A stretch of DNA of 61,139 nucleotides from Alphaproteobacteria bacterium (GTDB lineage: Bacteria; Pseudomonadota; Alphaproteobacteria; CADEGL01). Made by a program: the position numbers and the translations under genes. The stretch is taken from contig CAUZWC010000001.1 in assembly GCA_963583595.1 (NCBI GenBank), positions 1 through 61,139 on the forward strand, given 5' to 3'. Below the pieces are notes generated by a model that was given only the letters and a program-made list of their open reading frames with translations, ran no database searches and was not told the origin of the DNA. Below are positions 29,635 through 39,421 of the stretch, piece after piece (the stretch's first letter is position 1; every line of letters begins with the position of its first letter).

Positions 29635-30270
29635 TCAGCCAATTTTTTGATTTATCTTTTCGAGGGCCGCAGCGAAGACTTCATCCGCATCGAGATCGCT
29701 GGTATCCAGCACGAATGCGTCTTCCGCGGCGACCAAGGGTGCGACGCTGCGCTGGCTGTCGCGCGCGTCTCGTTCCCGCATATCTTTCAGGACGCGCGCA
29801 TATATAGCGATCTCACCCCTGGCCTGCAACTCCTCGGATCGGCGCCTGGCGCGCACCTCGTCCGAGGCGGTGACGAAGAGTTTGACCTCGGCATCCGGGC
29901 AGACGACCGTGCCGATGTCGCGCCCGTCGATCACGGCCCCCGTCTTGCCACCCGGTGGGGTGCGGGCGAAGGCGCGCTGAAAGTCGAGCAGGGCCTGGCG
30001 CACCGGCCCCATGGCGGCGACGATCGAGGCCGCCTTGCCCGTCGCCTCCTCGCGCAAGGCCGGCTCGCTCAACTCCTCTGGGCGCAGGGCCTGCGCGGCC
30101 GCCAGGGCCAGCGCCTCATCCACCGGATCCTGCCCCGCGCGCAGCAGTTTCAGCCCGACGGCGCGGTAGAGGCCGCCGCTGTCCAGATGGGCCAGGCCGA
30201 AATGGTGGGCGAGCCGTTTGGCCAGGGTGCCCTTGCCCGCGGCCGAGGGGCCGTCGATCGCGACGATCAC
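29635..30270 (-). CDS. cmk: Cytidylate kinase
   Basis: [22 protein letters not shown]-loop. GTG start overlaps the aroA stop (GTGA). The track ORF is over-extended upstream. Confidence 0.9.
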   Translation of the reverse strand: MIVAIDGPSAAGKGTLAKRLAHHFGLAHLDSGGLYRAVGLKLLRAGQDPVDEALALAAAQALRPEELSEPALREEATGKAASIVAAMGPVRQALLDFQRAFARTPPGGKTGAVIDGRDIGTVVCPDAEVKLFVTASDEVRARRRSEELQARGEIAIYARVLKDMRERDARDSQRSVAPLVAAEDAFVLDTSDLDADEVFAAALEKINQKIG

Positions 30271-31610
30271 GGCGCGCCATCTCCGGTATCGTCTTCGATT
30301 CGCGCGCCCAGGCCGGCCATCAGGCCGGTGAAGCCGGGAAAGCTGGTGGCGATGGTGTGAGCCCCGGTCACGCGCACCGGCGCCGCGGCGGCCAGGCCAA
30401 GGACCAGGAAGGCCATGGCGATGCGGTGGTCGTGATCGGCGCACACCGTGGCGCCGCCGGCCAGCGGCCGCCCTCCGGTCCCGTGAACCAGGATATCGTC
30501 GCCCTCCGCCTCGACCCTTGCGCCGCAGGCGGCCAGGCCGGTCAGGATGGCGGCGAAACGGTCGCTTTCCTTAACCCGCAATTCGCCGAGGCCGCGCAGG
30601 CGGCTGGTACCGGTGGCGGCGGCGGCGAGCACGGCGAGGATCGGAAATTCGTCGATCATGCTGGGCGCGCGTTCCGGCGGGGTATCGACCGCGCGCAACG
30701 CGCTGCTCCGCACCGCGATATCGGCGACCGGCTCGCCCGCCTCGTCGCGCGGGTTCGACAGGGTGATGTCCGCACCCATTTCCTCGAGGGTCACGAGCAG
30801 GCCGTCGCGCAACGAATTGACCCCGACGGCCGCCAGGGTGATGGCCGAATCCGGGCAGAGCAGGGCGGCCGCAATGGGAAAGGCGGCGGAGGAGATATCG
30901 GCCGGGACGCGCAGGGCGCAGCCGGTCAGTTCCGGCTCTCCGGCCAGACATACCACACGGCCTTCCGTCGCGTCCTCGACTGTTACCTTGGCGCCGAAAT
31001 GGCCGAGCATTCGTTCGGTATGGTCGCGCGTCGGAATGGCCTCGATCACGGCCGTCTCCCCCGGCACGTTCAGGCCGGACAGCAGGATCGCCGATTTGAC
31101 CTGGGCCGAAGCGACTGGCAGGGCATAGCGGATCGGCCGTCCTTCCGCTGCACCCATGACGGTTAGCGGCAGACGGTCGCCGGCGCGCGCGACGAAACGG
31201 GCGCCCATCAGTTCCAGCGGGGCGGTGACGCGGCCCATCGGGCGCCGGCAAAGGGATTCATCCCCGGTCAGCACGCTGGTGAAGGGATGGCTGGCCAACA
31301 GGCCGAGCAGCAGCCGGGCGCCGGTGCCGGAATTGCCCATGTCGAGAACGCGGTCCGGCTCGGCCAGCCCGCCGGTGCCCAGGCCGCCGACGCGCCAGCG
31401 CCCTTCGCCTTCTCGACGCACCGCCGCGCCGAGGGCGGCGGCCGCCGCGGCGGTCGCCAGCACGTCCTCGCCTTCCAGCAGACCCTCGATCGCGGTTTCG
31501 CCCGTCGCGACCGCGCCCAGCAGCAGCGCGCGGTGCGAAATCGATTTGTCGCCGGGCAGGCGGACCTCCCCCTGGAGGCCCCGTCCGGGATGGGAGACGA
31601 GCGTCGTCAT
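30267..31610 (-). CDS. aroA: 3-phosphoshikimate 1-carboxyvinyltransferase (EPSP synthase)
   Basis: [21 protein letters not shown]...[11 protein letters not shown] motifs. Start taken at the internal ATG 31610. Confidence 0.93.
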   Translation of the reverse strand: MTTLVSHPGRGLQGEVRLPGDKSISHRALLLGAVATGETAIEGLLEGEDVLATAAAAAALGAAVRREGEGRWRVGGLGTGGLAEPDRVLDMGNSGTGARLLLGLLASHPFTSVLTGDESLCRRPMGRVTAPLELMGARFVARAGDRLPLTVMGAAEGRPIRYALPVASAQVKSAILLSGLNVPGETAVIEAIPTRDHTERMLGHFGAKVTVEDATEGRVVCLAGEPELTGCALRVPADISSAAFPIAAALLCPDSAITLAAVGVNSLRDGLLVTLEEMGADITLSNPRDEAGEPVADIAVRSSALRAVDTPPERAPSMIDEFPILAVLAAAATGTSRLRGLGELRVKESDRFAAILTGLAACGARVEAEGDDILVHGTGGRPLAGGATVCADHDHRIAMAFLVLGLAAAAPVRVTGAHTIATSFPGFTGLMAGLGARIEDDTGDGAP

Positions 31611-31804
31611 GACGCCACGATGCGCCGAATATCGCGCCGGTTTTGGGCCGCGCGCAGGGTGCTGTCCCTGGTGAGTTTCGGGATCATGGGCGGGATTGCG
31701 TCCGGGTCCGATATCGGAATGGTGAATTTTACTTTTGACAGGTGTCATGGATCGTGGCAATTGGCAGCCGCCTGTCGACTGCCGCGTTGTGTTGGAGAGT
31801 GGTT

Positions 31805-32137
31805 GTGGCCAAGCCTGAATGGGGCACCAAACGTATCTGTCTGAATTGCAGCGCCAAGTTCTACGACTTGGCGAAAGACCCGATCACTTGCCCATCTTGC
31901 GGTGCGACCTTCAAGACGGATGATTTCACGCGGGGCCGGCGCAGCAAGACCACCGCAGTCGTGGAAAAGCCGGTGCCCAAGCCGAAGCCCAAGCGCCCGG
32001 TGGCATCCGGCGATGATGACGACGCCGATGACGTGCTGCTCGGCGACGACGATGATGATGATGATCTCGACGACGACGACGTCAATGAAGTCGTGGTTGG
32101 CGTCGGTTCCGACGATGATGACGACAAGACCGTGTGA
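31805..32137 (+). CDS. TIGR02300 (FYDLN_acid) family zinc-ribbon protein with poly-Asp tail
   Basis: [35 protein letters not shown] followed by a long D-rich C-terminus. GTG start at 31805 with GGAGAG 5 nt upstream. Confidence 0.75.
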   Translation: MAKPEWGTKRICLNCSAKFYDLAKDPITCPSCGATFKTDDFTRGRRSKTTAVVEKPVPKPKPKRPVASGDDDDADDVLLGDDDDDDDLDDDDVNEVVVGVGSDDDDDKTV

Positions 32138-32166
32138 TGTTGCTTGGGGTCGGCGGGCCTTTGGGC

Positions 32167-32195
32167 TTGCCTTCGCCGCGCTCCGGCCATTATTG
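32167..32195 (+). promoter_or_regulatory. Candidate sigma70-type promoter for tRNA-Ala
   Basis: TTGCCT-N17-TTATTG about 50 nt upstream of the tRNA. Motif match only. Confidence 0.3.
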
Positions 32196-32247
32196 TCCCG
32201 CCCCGCGCAGTCGCCCCGGCCGATCGCTTGGCCGGGCACCCGAATTC

Positions 32248-32323
<76 letters not shown>

Positions 32324-32341
32324 GTCTAGGACCCAGGATGG

Positions 32342-32380
32342 GAAAAGGGCCCGGCCGGAAACGGCAGGGCCCTTTTCCTT
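32342..32380. terminator. Bidirectional terminator between tRNA-Ala and the convergent dioxygenase gene
   Basis: Stem AAAAGGGCCC / GGGCCCTTTT flanked by T/A runs on both strands. Confidence 0.75.
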
Positions 32381-32387
32381 TGCGCAG

Positions 32388-33452
32388 TCAGGATACCGGC
32401 GCGCGCCGGGCAAAACTGGGCGTATGGCCTTCGCCGCGGACCGGCACCCCGCCCTTCGTGCCGGTGCCGAAAACGTCCAGTTCGGGCACCACTGGCCTTC
32501 CGTCCGGCACCGCCAACCAGATCCGCAGCAGATGCCGCCGCCGGGTCTCGCCTGAAGAATCCACAGGGGAATCCTCGAAGGCGCTGCGCCCGTGCAGCAT
32601 GGTGAAATTGTTCATGAACACCGCCTCGCCGGGCCGCAGCGAGAATTCCAGGGTCAGCTCCGGCAGGGTGCATAGCTCGTCGAACAGGCGCAGGGCCTCC
32701 CGCGTCTCCGTCGTCACCGCCTCGCCCAGATCGTGGATCGCTTCGCCGACATAGGTCCGGGAATAGCGCAGGCTCACGACGCCGTCGCGGCAGGAGAAGA
32801 CCGGCACCCGATGGGCGGTCAGACCCGGTTCGCCCGGCGTCTCTTCGCCCAGCCGGTGCCAGGGCGTGCCACGATAGAGCGCGCGCAGCAGGTCCGGGCG
32901 GCGCTCGCGCATCAGATTGTGGACGGTCAGGCCGCTGATGAACTGGTTGACCCCGCCGGCCATGCCCTGGTGCAGGCAAAGCAGGCCGGCGAAATCGGAA
33001 AAATCGGTATGGGGATAGAGCTTGCGCCGCGCGCGATAGGCCCTTGCGTTCGGGTCCTGGTAGGTCACGTCGATGACATGGCCCAGGCGGTCGCCCATCA
33101 CGCTCTGGCTGGTCGGCATGCCGAGCTGGACCGAGACGCCCCAATAGATCTTCTCGATATCGGCCTGCTCGAAGCGCTCGACGGGAAAGCCGCGCAGCAC
33201 GACCAGGCCGGGGCCGTCCTCCAGGGTGGCGTGAACCTGGCCGAGCAGCGCTGCGGTCCTGGGCAAGGGAAAATCGTCTTTGGCGATCGCCTCCATCGCG
33301 AGGCCGCGCGCGCGTACCGCACGCAGGGCGTCTTCGATCTCCACGAGATGGGCCGGCTCCAGGGCCAGGACGAGGTCTTCCTTGCCGCCGAGAAAATCGC
33401 CCGGCCGCCAGGCGGAGGGGTGGTGGATTGGTGCGTCGTGAAATTCGTTCAT
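32388..33452 (-). CDS. TauD/TfdA-family Fe(II)/2-oxoglutarate dioxygenase, paralogue 1
   Basis: 354 aa with an HxD triad (LYPHTDFSD), a distal His (NNFTMLHGRSAFED) and family blocks (FPLP, LRGFPVER, SQSVMGDRLGHV, RHLLRIWL). Start taken at the internal ATG 33452. Confidence 0.85.
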   Translation of the reverse strand: MNEFHDAPIHHPSAWRPGDFLGGKEDLVLALEPAHLVEIEDALRAVRARGLAMEAIAKDDFPLPRTAALLGQVHATLEDGPGLVVLRGFPVERFEQADIEKIYWGVSVQLGMPTSQSVMGDRLGHVIDVTYQDPNARAYRARRKLYPHTDFSDFAGLLCLHQGMAGGVNQFISGLTVHNLMRERRPDLLRALYRGTPWHRLGEETPGEPGLTAHRVPVFSCRDGVVSLRYSRTYVGEAIHDLGEAVTTETREALRLFDELCTLPELTLEFSLRPGEAVFMNNFTMLHGRSAFEDSPVDSSGETRRRHLLRIWLAVPDGRPVVPELDVFGTGTKGGVPVRGEGHTPSFARRAPVS

Positions 33453-33471
33453 TGGCGCCCCCCCCAGTGGA

Positions 33472-34515
33472 CTAGTCGGCCGAGGCGCGGCGTTTGAAGC
33501 TGGGCACCGAGCCCTCGCGCCTGGCGATGCCGCCGACCCGCCCCGCAGCGTAGATCTCGATCTCGGGCTGCGTCGGGCGGGGTGTGCGCGACGCCATCCA
33601 GAGGCGCAGCAGAAGGCGTTTGCGGTCGCGATCCGGGCCGTCGCGAAAGGCGCTGCGGGCATGCAGGACGGTGTAGTTGTTCATGATCACCGCTTCGCCC
33701 GGCGCCAGCATGGCTTCGAAACAGAATTCCGGGTTGCGCGCCAAGTCGTCGAAGACGTCCAGCGCCTCTTCCTCCTTGGCGCTCAGCCCGCCCAGTTCAT
33801 GGGCGGCCTCGCGAATATAGTTGCGGACGTAGCGACAGCTCAGGAAGCCCTGGCATGCCGAGAAATGGGGAACGCGGTGCTCGGTGATCGGCGCCTCGCC
33901 GACGGCCTGCTCGCCCAGGCGGTGCCAGGGGAAGCCGCGATAGAGAATGTCCAGCAGATCGGGATGGCGCCGGGCCATCGCGTCATGCACCGCGGCCGCG
34001 CTGGTGAAGCGGCTGATCCCCCCCCCGGCGGCGGGTCGCACGCAGAGGAAGGACACGATATCCGACATGTCGGTGTGCAGGTTCAGTTCCCAATTGGCCC
34101 GGTAGGCGCGGGCGTCGGGGTCGGCATCGGTGACATCGGTAACATGGCCCAGGCGGTCGCCCATGACGCTCTGCGACACCGGATCGCCCAGATGGCGCCC
34201 GACGGCCCAGAACATCGCCTCGACCTCCGCGAGCGGCCGGTCGCCGACGGGAAAGCCCCGCAGGATCATGATGCCGCGCCCCCGGTCGATCTCGCGCGAA
34301 ACGGCTTCCAGCGGCTCGGCCAGGCCGGGCAAGGGCAGGTCGGACCGGGAGAAGGACTCGAGCGGCCGGCCGCTCGCCAGAATTGTCCGCGCCGCAGCCT
34401 CGAGAACGGGGAGGCCGGCGGTCGGGATATCGATGGCGACATCCTTCTTCCCGTTGGGAAAATCGGCCGGTGTCCAGTTCGACGGTTCGGTGTCGTGGGT
34501 ATGGAACAGGGTCAT
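33472..34515 (-). CDS. TauD/TfdA-family Fe(II)/2-oxoglutarate dioxygenase, paralogue 2
   Basis: 347 aa, colinear with paralogue 1 (LNLHTDMSD, SQSVMGDRLGHV, NNYTVLHARSAFRD, RLLLRLWM). Confidence 0.85.
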   Translation of the reverse strand: MTLFHTHDTEPSNWTPADFPNGKKDVAIDIPTAGLPVLEAAARTILASGRPLESFSRSDLPLPGLAEPLEAVSREIDRGRGIMILRGFPVGDRPLAEVEAMFWAVGRHLGDPVSQSVMGDRLGHVTDVTDADPDARAYRANWELNLHTDMSDIVSFLCVRPAAGGGISRFTSAAAVHDAMARRHPDLLDILYRGFPWHRLGEQAVGEAPITEHRVPHFSACQGFLSCRYVRNYIREAAHELGGLSAKEEEALDVFDDLARNPEFCFEAMLAPGEAVIMNNYTVLHARSAFRDGPDRDRKRLLLRLWMASRTPRPTQPEIEIYAAGRVGGIARREGSVPSFKRRASAD

Positions 34516-34662
34516 TCGCTCAGTCCTCGATTTCTGATCTCCATATTGTCGGTTGGCGCTCCGGACTCAAGCCCCTTGTGCCTTCTCCCGCTTGTCCCAG
34601 CGCGCTAGTCTCCCTGCCGGGCGCGATTCGATGCGCCGTGATCCGGCTGGGAGGAAGGCGAA

Positions 34663-35592
34663 GTGATGTACAAGAGCGCAGGCCGACTTGTCCATTTCGA
34701 CGGGAAAATGGTGCCTTATGACGAGGCGAAGGTTCATGTCCTCTCGCCGGCTGTGAAATACGGCGCGAGCGTGTTCGAGGGTGTCTGCGGCTATGCCACG
34801 CGCGACGGCAGCGGGGTCAATATATTCCGCCTGCGCGAGCATCTCGTGCGTCTGCAGCAGTCGATGCACATCCTGCGCTACGAACAGGCCTACAGCCTGG
34901 AGGAACTGACCGAGGTCGTCGTCGGCACGGTCCGCGCCAACGACGTTCGCACCGATTCCCATATTCGCATCCAGGCTCATGTCCTGGGCGAGGGGCTGAT
35001 GGGTGCCTGCGGGCCGGTCGGCTTGTCCTGCACGGTTTCCCCGCGCGATGCCCGCGCCATCGAGGCGCGCACCAAGCGGGCCCAGGTCACCTCCTGGCGG
35101 CGTATCGACGATGCCTCCATGCCGCCCCGGGTCAAGGCCGCCGCCAACTACCACAACGGCCGGCTCGGCACGGTCCAGGCCCGCGCCGACGGCTATGACG
35201 AACCGATCTTCCTGACCAACGCGGGCAAGGTCGCGGAGAGCGGCGGCGCCTGCCTCTTCATCCTGCGCGACGGCGTGCCGATTACCCCCGGGGTTACCCA
35301 CGGCATTCTCGAAAGTATCACCCGCGACACCATGCTACGCATCTTCTCGGATATTCTCGACCGTCCGGCGATCACGCGCGAGGTCGACCGGACCGAACTC
35401 TACGTCGCCGACGAGGCCTTCCTCTGCGGCTCCGCCTACGAGGTCAGTCCCGTGACCGATATCGACGGCATGAAGGTCGGTTCGGGCGAGCTCGGCGATA
35501 TCACTCGCGAGGCATGGGACGTCTATGAGGCGGTCGTGCGCGGCGCCACGAATGTCGATCCTGCCTGGTTGACCCCGGTCTTCGACGACTAG
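34663..35592 (+). CDS. Aminotransferase class IV (branched-chain / D-amino-acid aminotransferase fold)
   Basis: 309 aa. GKMVPYDEAKVHVLSPAVKYGASVFEG is typical of the class-IV N-terminus, and the Lys-containing region is VKAAANY. GGGAGGAAGG lies upstream of GTG 34663 / ATG 34666. Confidence 0.85.
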   Translation: MMYKSAGRLVHFDGKMVPYDEAKVHVLSPAVKYGASVFEGVCGYATRDGSGVNIFRLREHLVRLQQSMHILRYEQAYSLEELTEVVVGTVRANDVRTDSHIRIQAHVLGEGLMGACGPVGLSCTVSPRDARAIEARTKRAQVTSWRRIDDASMPPRVKAAANYHNGRLGTVQARADGYDEPIFLTNAGKVAESGGACLFILRDGVPITPGVTHGILESITRDTMLRIFSDILDRPAITREVDRTELYVADEAFLCGSAYEVSPVTDIDGMKVGSGELGDITREAWDVYEAVVRGATNVDPAWLTPVFDD

Positions 35593-35622
35593 GGCCGCAG
35601 GTTTCGCCCGGGCTGCGCCTGC

Positions 35623-35653
35623 TTGAACCATGGGCCGCGCCTCCCCACATATC
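35623..35653 (+). promoter_or_regulatory. Candidate sigma32 (RpoH) heat-shock promoter
   Basis: CTTGAA-N15-CCCCACATAT about 95 nt upstream of the hsp20 start. Compare the E. coli consensus CTTGAAA-N13-15-CCCCATNT. Confidence 0.5.
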
Positions 35654-35716
35654 TTTTGAGCGGCGCCGGCAGGTCCGGGCCGTTCCGCAAGGATGCCGTA
35701 AGGGCCCGAATGCCTG

Positions 35717-35749
35717 CTCGCTTCGCTTGATGAAGGAGGTTGCGTGATG
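35717..35749 (+). promoter_or_regulatory. ROSE-like RNA thermometer hairpin masking the hsp20 Shine-Dalgarno
   Basis: 5'-CUC(G)CUUC-[GCUUGAU]-GAAGGAG pairs the SD (GAAGGAGG) with a UCGCU (UYGCU) motif containing a bulged G. The AUG lies 7 nt after the SD. Confidence 0.45.
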
Positions 35750-36196
35750 GCGCGCTTGTCTTTGTTCAACAGCCCCCTGTTGCTGGGCTTCGATCGGTTC
35801 GAGGAAGCCCTGGAACGGGTCTCCAAGGCGCCGGCCGACGGTTATCCCCCCTACAACGTCGAACAGACCGGGGGCGACAGCCTGCGGATCACCCTGGCCG
35901 TGGCCGGGTTCGGCGAAGACGACCTGACGATTCAGGTCGAGGATCGGCAGCTCGTCATCCGCGGCCGCCAGGCCGAGGACGAGAACGGCCGAGTCTACCT
36001 TCATCGCGGCATCGCGGCGCGCCAGTTCCAGCGCAGCTTCGTTCTGGCCGAAGGTGTCGAAGTGACGGGAGCCAGCCTGGACAACGGCCTGCTTCATATC
36101 GAATTGGCCCAACCCAAGGCCGAGGCGGATGTCCGGACCATCGAGATCACGCCGGGCGCGCGCCAAGCGACGAGCAAGCGAATCGATCATGAGTAA
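35747..36196 (+). CDS. Hsp20/alpha-crystallin small heat-shock protein (IbpA-like)
   Basis: PPYNVEQTGGDSLRITLAVAGFGEDDLTIQVEDRQLVIRG...GLLHIEL. Confidence 0.92.
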   Translation: MARLSLFNSPLLLGFDRFEEALERVSKAPADGYPPYNVEQTGGDSLRITLAVAGFGEDDLTIQVEDRQLVIRGRQAEDENGRVYLHRGIAARQFQRSFVLAEGVEVTGASLDNGLLHIELAQPKAEADVRTIEITPGARQATSKRIDHE

Positions 36197-36259
36197 CGCG
36201 GCCTGGATCGGGCGCAAACGAGCCGGATCGGCGAAGCACGATCGGCGGGAGAAAGACAG

Positions 36260-36475
36260 ATGACTAATACCGAAGCTTTCAAGAGCCTGACGGTCGAGCA
36301 GTTCGCGGTGCTGGGCATGCAGAACGTGGCCTACGTCAAGGATGTCGAGATCGAAGGTCAGGCGGCCTTCGCGATCCATTCGGCCGACGGCAACACCGTG
36401 GCGGTCCTGGCCGACCGCGAGGTCGCCTTCGCGGCCGTGCGGCAGAACGATCTGGAACCCGTCAGCGTGCATTGA
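36260..36475 (+). CDS. DUF1150 family protein
   Basis: 71 aa (LGMQNVAYVKDVEIEGQAAFAIHSADGNTVAVLADREVAFAAVRQNDLEPVSVH). Typical partner downstream of alphaproteobacterial hsp20 genes. Confidence 0.75.
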   Translation: MTNTEAFKSLTVEQFAVLGMQNVAYVKDVEIEGQAAFAIHSADGNTVAVLADREVAFAAVRQNDLEPVSVH

Positions 36476-36596
36476 TCCGGGGTCCGGTCGCCTTCGGGCT
36501 GGGGCCGCGAACGGACTTCGCCATCCCCGCGAAAGCGGGGCCGGCGAAGCTCAGTAATTCGAGAATGCCGCAGGCGGCGGCCGCATAGCGCCCGGA

Positions 36597-37061
36597 TCAG
36601 GCGGCGCGGCTCGTCGGCGCTTCCATCAATATGTCGTAGATCGGGACCGCGCCGTCGGCATGGCGCAGCTTTTCGCAGGTCGCGTGGTTGCGCAGCAGCC
36701 GGGACACCCGGGCCAAGGCCTTGAGATGGTCGGCGCCCGCGCCTTCGGGGGCCAACAGCAGAAAAATCAGATCGACCGGTTGATCGTCGATCGCATCGAA
36801 GGGGATCGGCTCGGCGAGGCGGGCGAACAGCCCGTGCAGCCGGTCGAGTCCCGGCAGCTTGCCGTGCGGAATGGCGATGCCATTGCCCACGCCCGTCGTG
36901 CCCAGCCGCTCGCGTTCGATCAGCACATCGAAGAGCGCGCGTTCGGTCTGGCCGGTAACGCCGGCGGCGACCCGCGCGAGTTCCTGCAGCACCTGTTTCT
37001 TGCTGCCCGCCTTCAGGTAGGCAACGACGCTGTCGGGCGTGATCAGATCTGTGATTTCCAT
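36597..37061 (-). CDS. ptsN: PTS-Ntr EIIA (nitrogen regulatory protein PtsN)
   Basis: 154 aa with ERERLGTTGVGNGIAIPHGK carrying the phosphorylatable His. Position downstream of rpoN-hpf. Confidence 0.92.
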   Translation of the reverse strand: MEITDLITPDSVVAYLKAGSKKQVLQELARVAAGVTGQTERALFDVLIERERLGTTGVGNGIAIPHGKLPGLDRLHGLFARLAEPIPFDAIDDQPVDLIFLLLAPEGAGADHLKALARVSRLLRNHATCEKLRHADGAVPIYDILMEAPTSRAA

Positions 37062-37073
37062 CGAGATTCCGTG

Positions 37074-37691
37074 TTAGTTGCTTTTGGCCGGCCCGCTCTG
37101 GGGGTCGACCCAACCGATATTTCCGTCGGCCCGCCGATAGATCATGTTGAGGCCGCCATCGGCCCGGTTGCGGAACAGCAGGGCGGGCAGATCGCCGATA
37201 TCCAGGCGCATCACGGCCTCGCTGACTGTCAGGCTGATAACGTCGGTCGCCATTTCCGCGATGATGAGCGGATGACCTGCCGCGTCCGCCGCGGTATCCG
37301 GCAGGGTCACATCATCCTCGTCCTCGCCGGTCTCCGGCAGGTCGGCGATGACATATTGCTGGGCGGGAGAGGTCTCGTAGTCCGGGACATCGCCCCGGTG
37401 GTGGTCGCGCAGGCGCCGCTTGTGCCGGCGCAGGCGCTTCGTGGTCCGTTCCAGCGCTGCGTCGAAGGCGCTATGGGCGTCGGCAGCGAGGGCATGGCCC
37501 TGGACCTGGATGCCGCGCCCGACATGAACGGTCAGGTTGGCGCGTATACTCGCGCCTTCGCGACCGAGGACGACGGAGCCTTCCATGGCGTTCGCGAAAT
37601 ATTTTTCGGCCGCGGCCGTGAGGCCGAGGCGAGCATGCTCTCGGAACGCGTCAGAGACGTTGATCTGTTTCCCGGTGACTGTTATTTGCAT
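37074..37691 (-). CDS. hpf: Ribosome hibernation promoting factor (long form)
   Basis: MQITVTGKQINVSDAFREHA...AFDAALERTTKRLRRHKRR plus a C-terminal dimerisation domain. Start taken at the internal ATG 37691. Confidence 0.9.
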   Translation of the reverse strand: MQITVTGKQINVSDAFREHARLGLTAAAEKYFANAMEGSVVLGREGASIRANLTVHVGRGIQVQGHALAADAHSAFDAALERTTKRLRRHKRRLRDHHRGDVPDYETSPAQQYVIADLPETGEDEDDVTLPDTAADAAGHPLIIAEMATDVISLTVSEAVMRLDIGDLPALLFRNRADGGLNMIYRRADGNIGWVDPQSGPAKSN

Positions 37692-37877
37692 ATCTGCCAA
37701 AGCGCGCCGTCTCGGCGAGTGTTCCACCGACGGCCAAGCGCCCTAATCCTCTACGGTAAAGCGCCCCATATCCCTAGGGCGCGGGACCTTAGTGACGGGG
37801 CGGAAACGAGTCAATAGACCGAAAGGGAAGGTCCGGATAGCCTTCATGGCCCGCGCGAGGGGGGCCGTTCGGCGCCG

Positions 37878-39386
37878 TCAGCCGGCGAGAATCTTCTCGT
37901 GCCGGCGCTGAACGGAGGACGGAATCCGCATGGATTCGCGGTATTTCGCGACGGTCCGGCGGGCGATTTCGACCCCCTCGGCCCGCAGCAATTCGACGAT
38001 TCCGTCATCCGAAAGGATTTTGTTCGCGGGTTCCGCGTCGATCAATTCGCGGATGCGATGGCGCACCGATTCGGCCGAATGGGCGGCCCCGTCGCCCGTG
38101 CTCGGGATCGACGAGGTGAAAAAGTATTTGAGTTCGTACATGCCGCGCGGCGTGGCCATGTATTTGTTCGTGGTGACCCGGCTGACTGTGCTCTCATGCA
38201 TGCCGATGGCTTCTGCGATATTGCGCAGGACGAGCGGCTTCAGATATTGCACGCCATGGGCGAAGAAGCCGTCCTGCTGGCGCACCAGCTCGCTCGCGAC
38301 CTTCAGGATCGTCGTCGCCCGCTGGTGCAGCGATTTGACCAGCCAATTCGCGCTCTGGAAGTTCTCGGCGATATAGGCCTTCTCGTCCTTGTTCAGCGCC
38401 GATTTGTTGACCCGTGCGTAATAGCTCGCGTTGATCAGCACGCGAGGTAGGTTTTCGCTGTTCAGCTCGACCAGCCAGCCGCCGGCCCCGTCCGGGCGCA
38501 TCAGGACATCGGGCGTCACGGGTTGGGTGATCGGCGTGTCGAAGGTATCGCCGGGCTTGGGGTTGAGGGCGCGAATCTCGCGCACCATTTCGTTCAGATC
38601 CTCGGCATGGACCCGGCAGATCCGGCGCAGCTTGTCGAGATCCCGGCGGGCGAGCAGATCGAGATTGTCGAGCAGCGCCTCCATCGCCGGATCCAGCCGG
38701 TTCAGGTCGCGCAGCTGCAAGGCCAGGCATTCGCGCAGATCGCGGGCGAAGACCCCCGCGGGCTCGAAGCCCTGCATGATCTCCAGCACCGCCTCGACCC
38801 GCGCGACCGGGCAGTCGAGGCGATCGGCCACGGCTTCCAGATCGGGTCCGATATAGCCCGATTCATCGACCATATCGATCAGATGCAGGCCGATCCGCCG
38901 GTCGGCCGGATCGGTCACATCGACCTGGAGTTGCTCGGTGAGATGCTCGCGCAGGGTCGGATCCTGCGCGACGGTGTTCTCGTAGCTGAACACGCTATCG
39001 GCGAAATCGCTCCGCCCGCCGCTGCCGGTCCAGGGCATTTCCGTGCCGGGTGTGGCCTGGACCAGGTCGCCCGGGCCCGAATCCGCCCATAGATCTTCGT
39101 CGGCGACATCGAGCGGCGCTTCGGTGGTCGTGACGGCCTCGGTGGTTGCGTTGGGAAATTCGGTCTCGCCGCTTTCCGTGGCGCCATTCGCGGGGGTTTC
39201 TGTCTCACGCCTTTCGCCGCCCTCCTCCTCGACCCGTTCGAGCAGAGGATTGCGCTCAAGCTCTTCCGTCAGATAGTCCGAAAGTTCGAGATTCGACAGT
39301 TTCAGCAGCTTGATGGCTTGCTGCAACTGCTGGGTCATGACTAGGGAGGTGGTCTGACGAAGGTCCAGACGGGTCGTGAGAGCCAT
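37878..39386 (-). CDS. rpoN: RNA polymerase sigma-54 factor
   Basis: N-terminal glutamine-rich region I (LRQTTSLVMTQQLQQAIKLLKLSNLEL), an acidic region II and the RpoN box (ARRTVAKYRE). Confidence 0.96.
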   Translation of the reverse strand: MALTTRLDLRQTTSLVMTQQLQQAIKLLKLSNLELSDYLTEELERNPLLERVEEEGGERRETETPANGATESGETEFPNATTEAVTTTEAPLDVADEDLWADSGPGDLVQATPGTEMPWTGSGGRSDFADSVFSYENTVAQDPTLREHLTEQLQVDVTDPADRRIGLHLIDMVDESGYIGPDLEAVADRLDCPVARVEAVLEIMQGFEPAGVFARDLRECLALQLRDLNRLDPAMEALLDNLDLLARRDLDKLRRICRVHAEDLNEMVREIRALNPKPGDTFDTPITQPVTPDVLMRPDGAGGWLVELNSENLPRVLINASYYARVNKSALNKDEKAYIAENFQSANWLVKSLHQRATTILKVASELVRQQDGFFAHGVQYLKPLVLRNIAEAIGMHESTVSRVTTNKYMATPRGMYELKYFFTSSIPSTGDGAAHSAESVRHRIRELIDAEPANKILSDDGIVELLRAEGVEIARRTVAKYRESMRIPSSVQRRHEKILAG

Positions 39387-39421
39387 AATGGCCTAATTCT
39401 TGCGAGGAACCGCCTGCTTGT

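Noticed and set aside
36476-36596. Imperfect GC-rich hairpin (CTTCGCCATCCCCGC-GAAA-GCGGGGCCGGCGAAG) between convergent DUF1150 and ptsN as a terminator or REP-like element.
   Set aside because: There is no U-tract on either strand and no second copy elsewhere in the window. It may still act as a terminator, but I cannot support the call.
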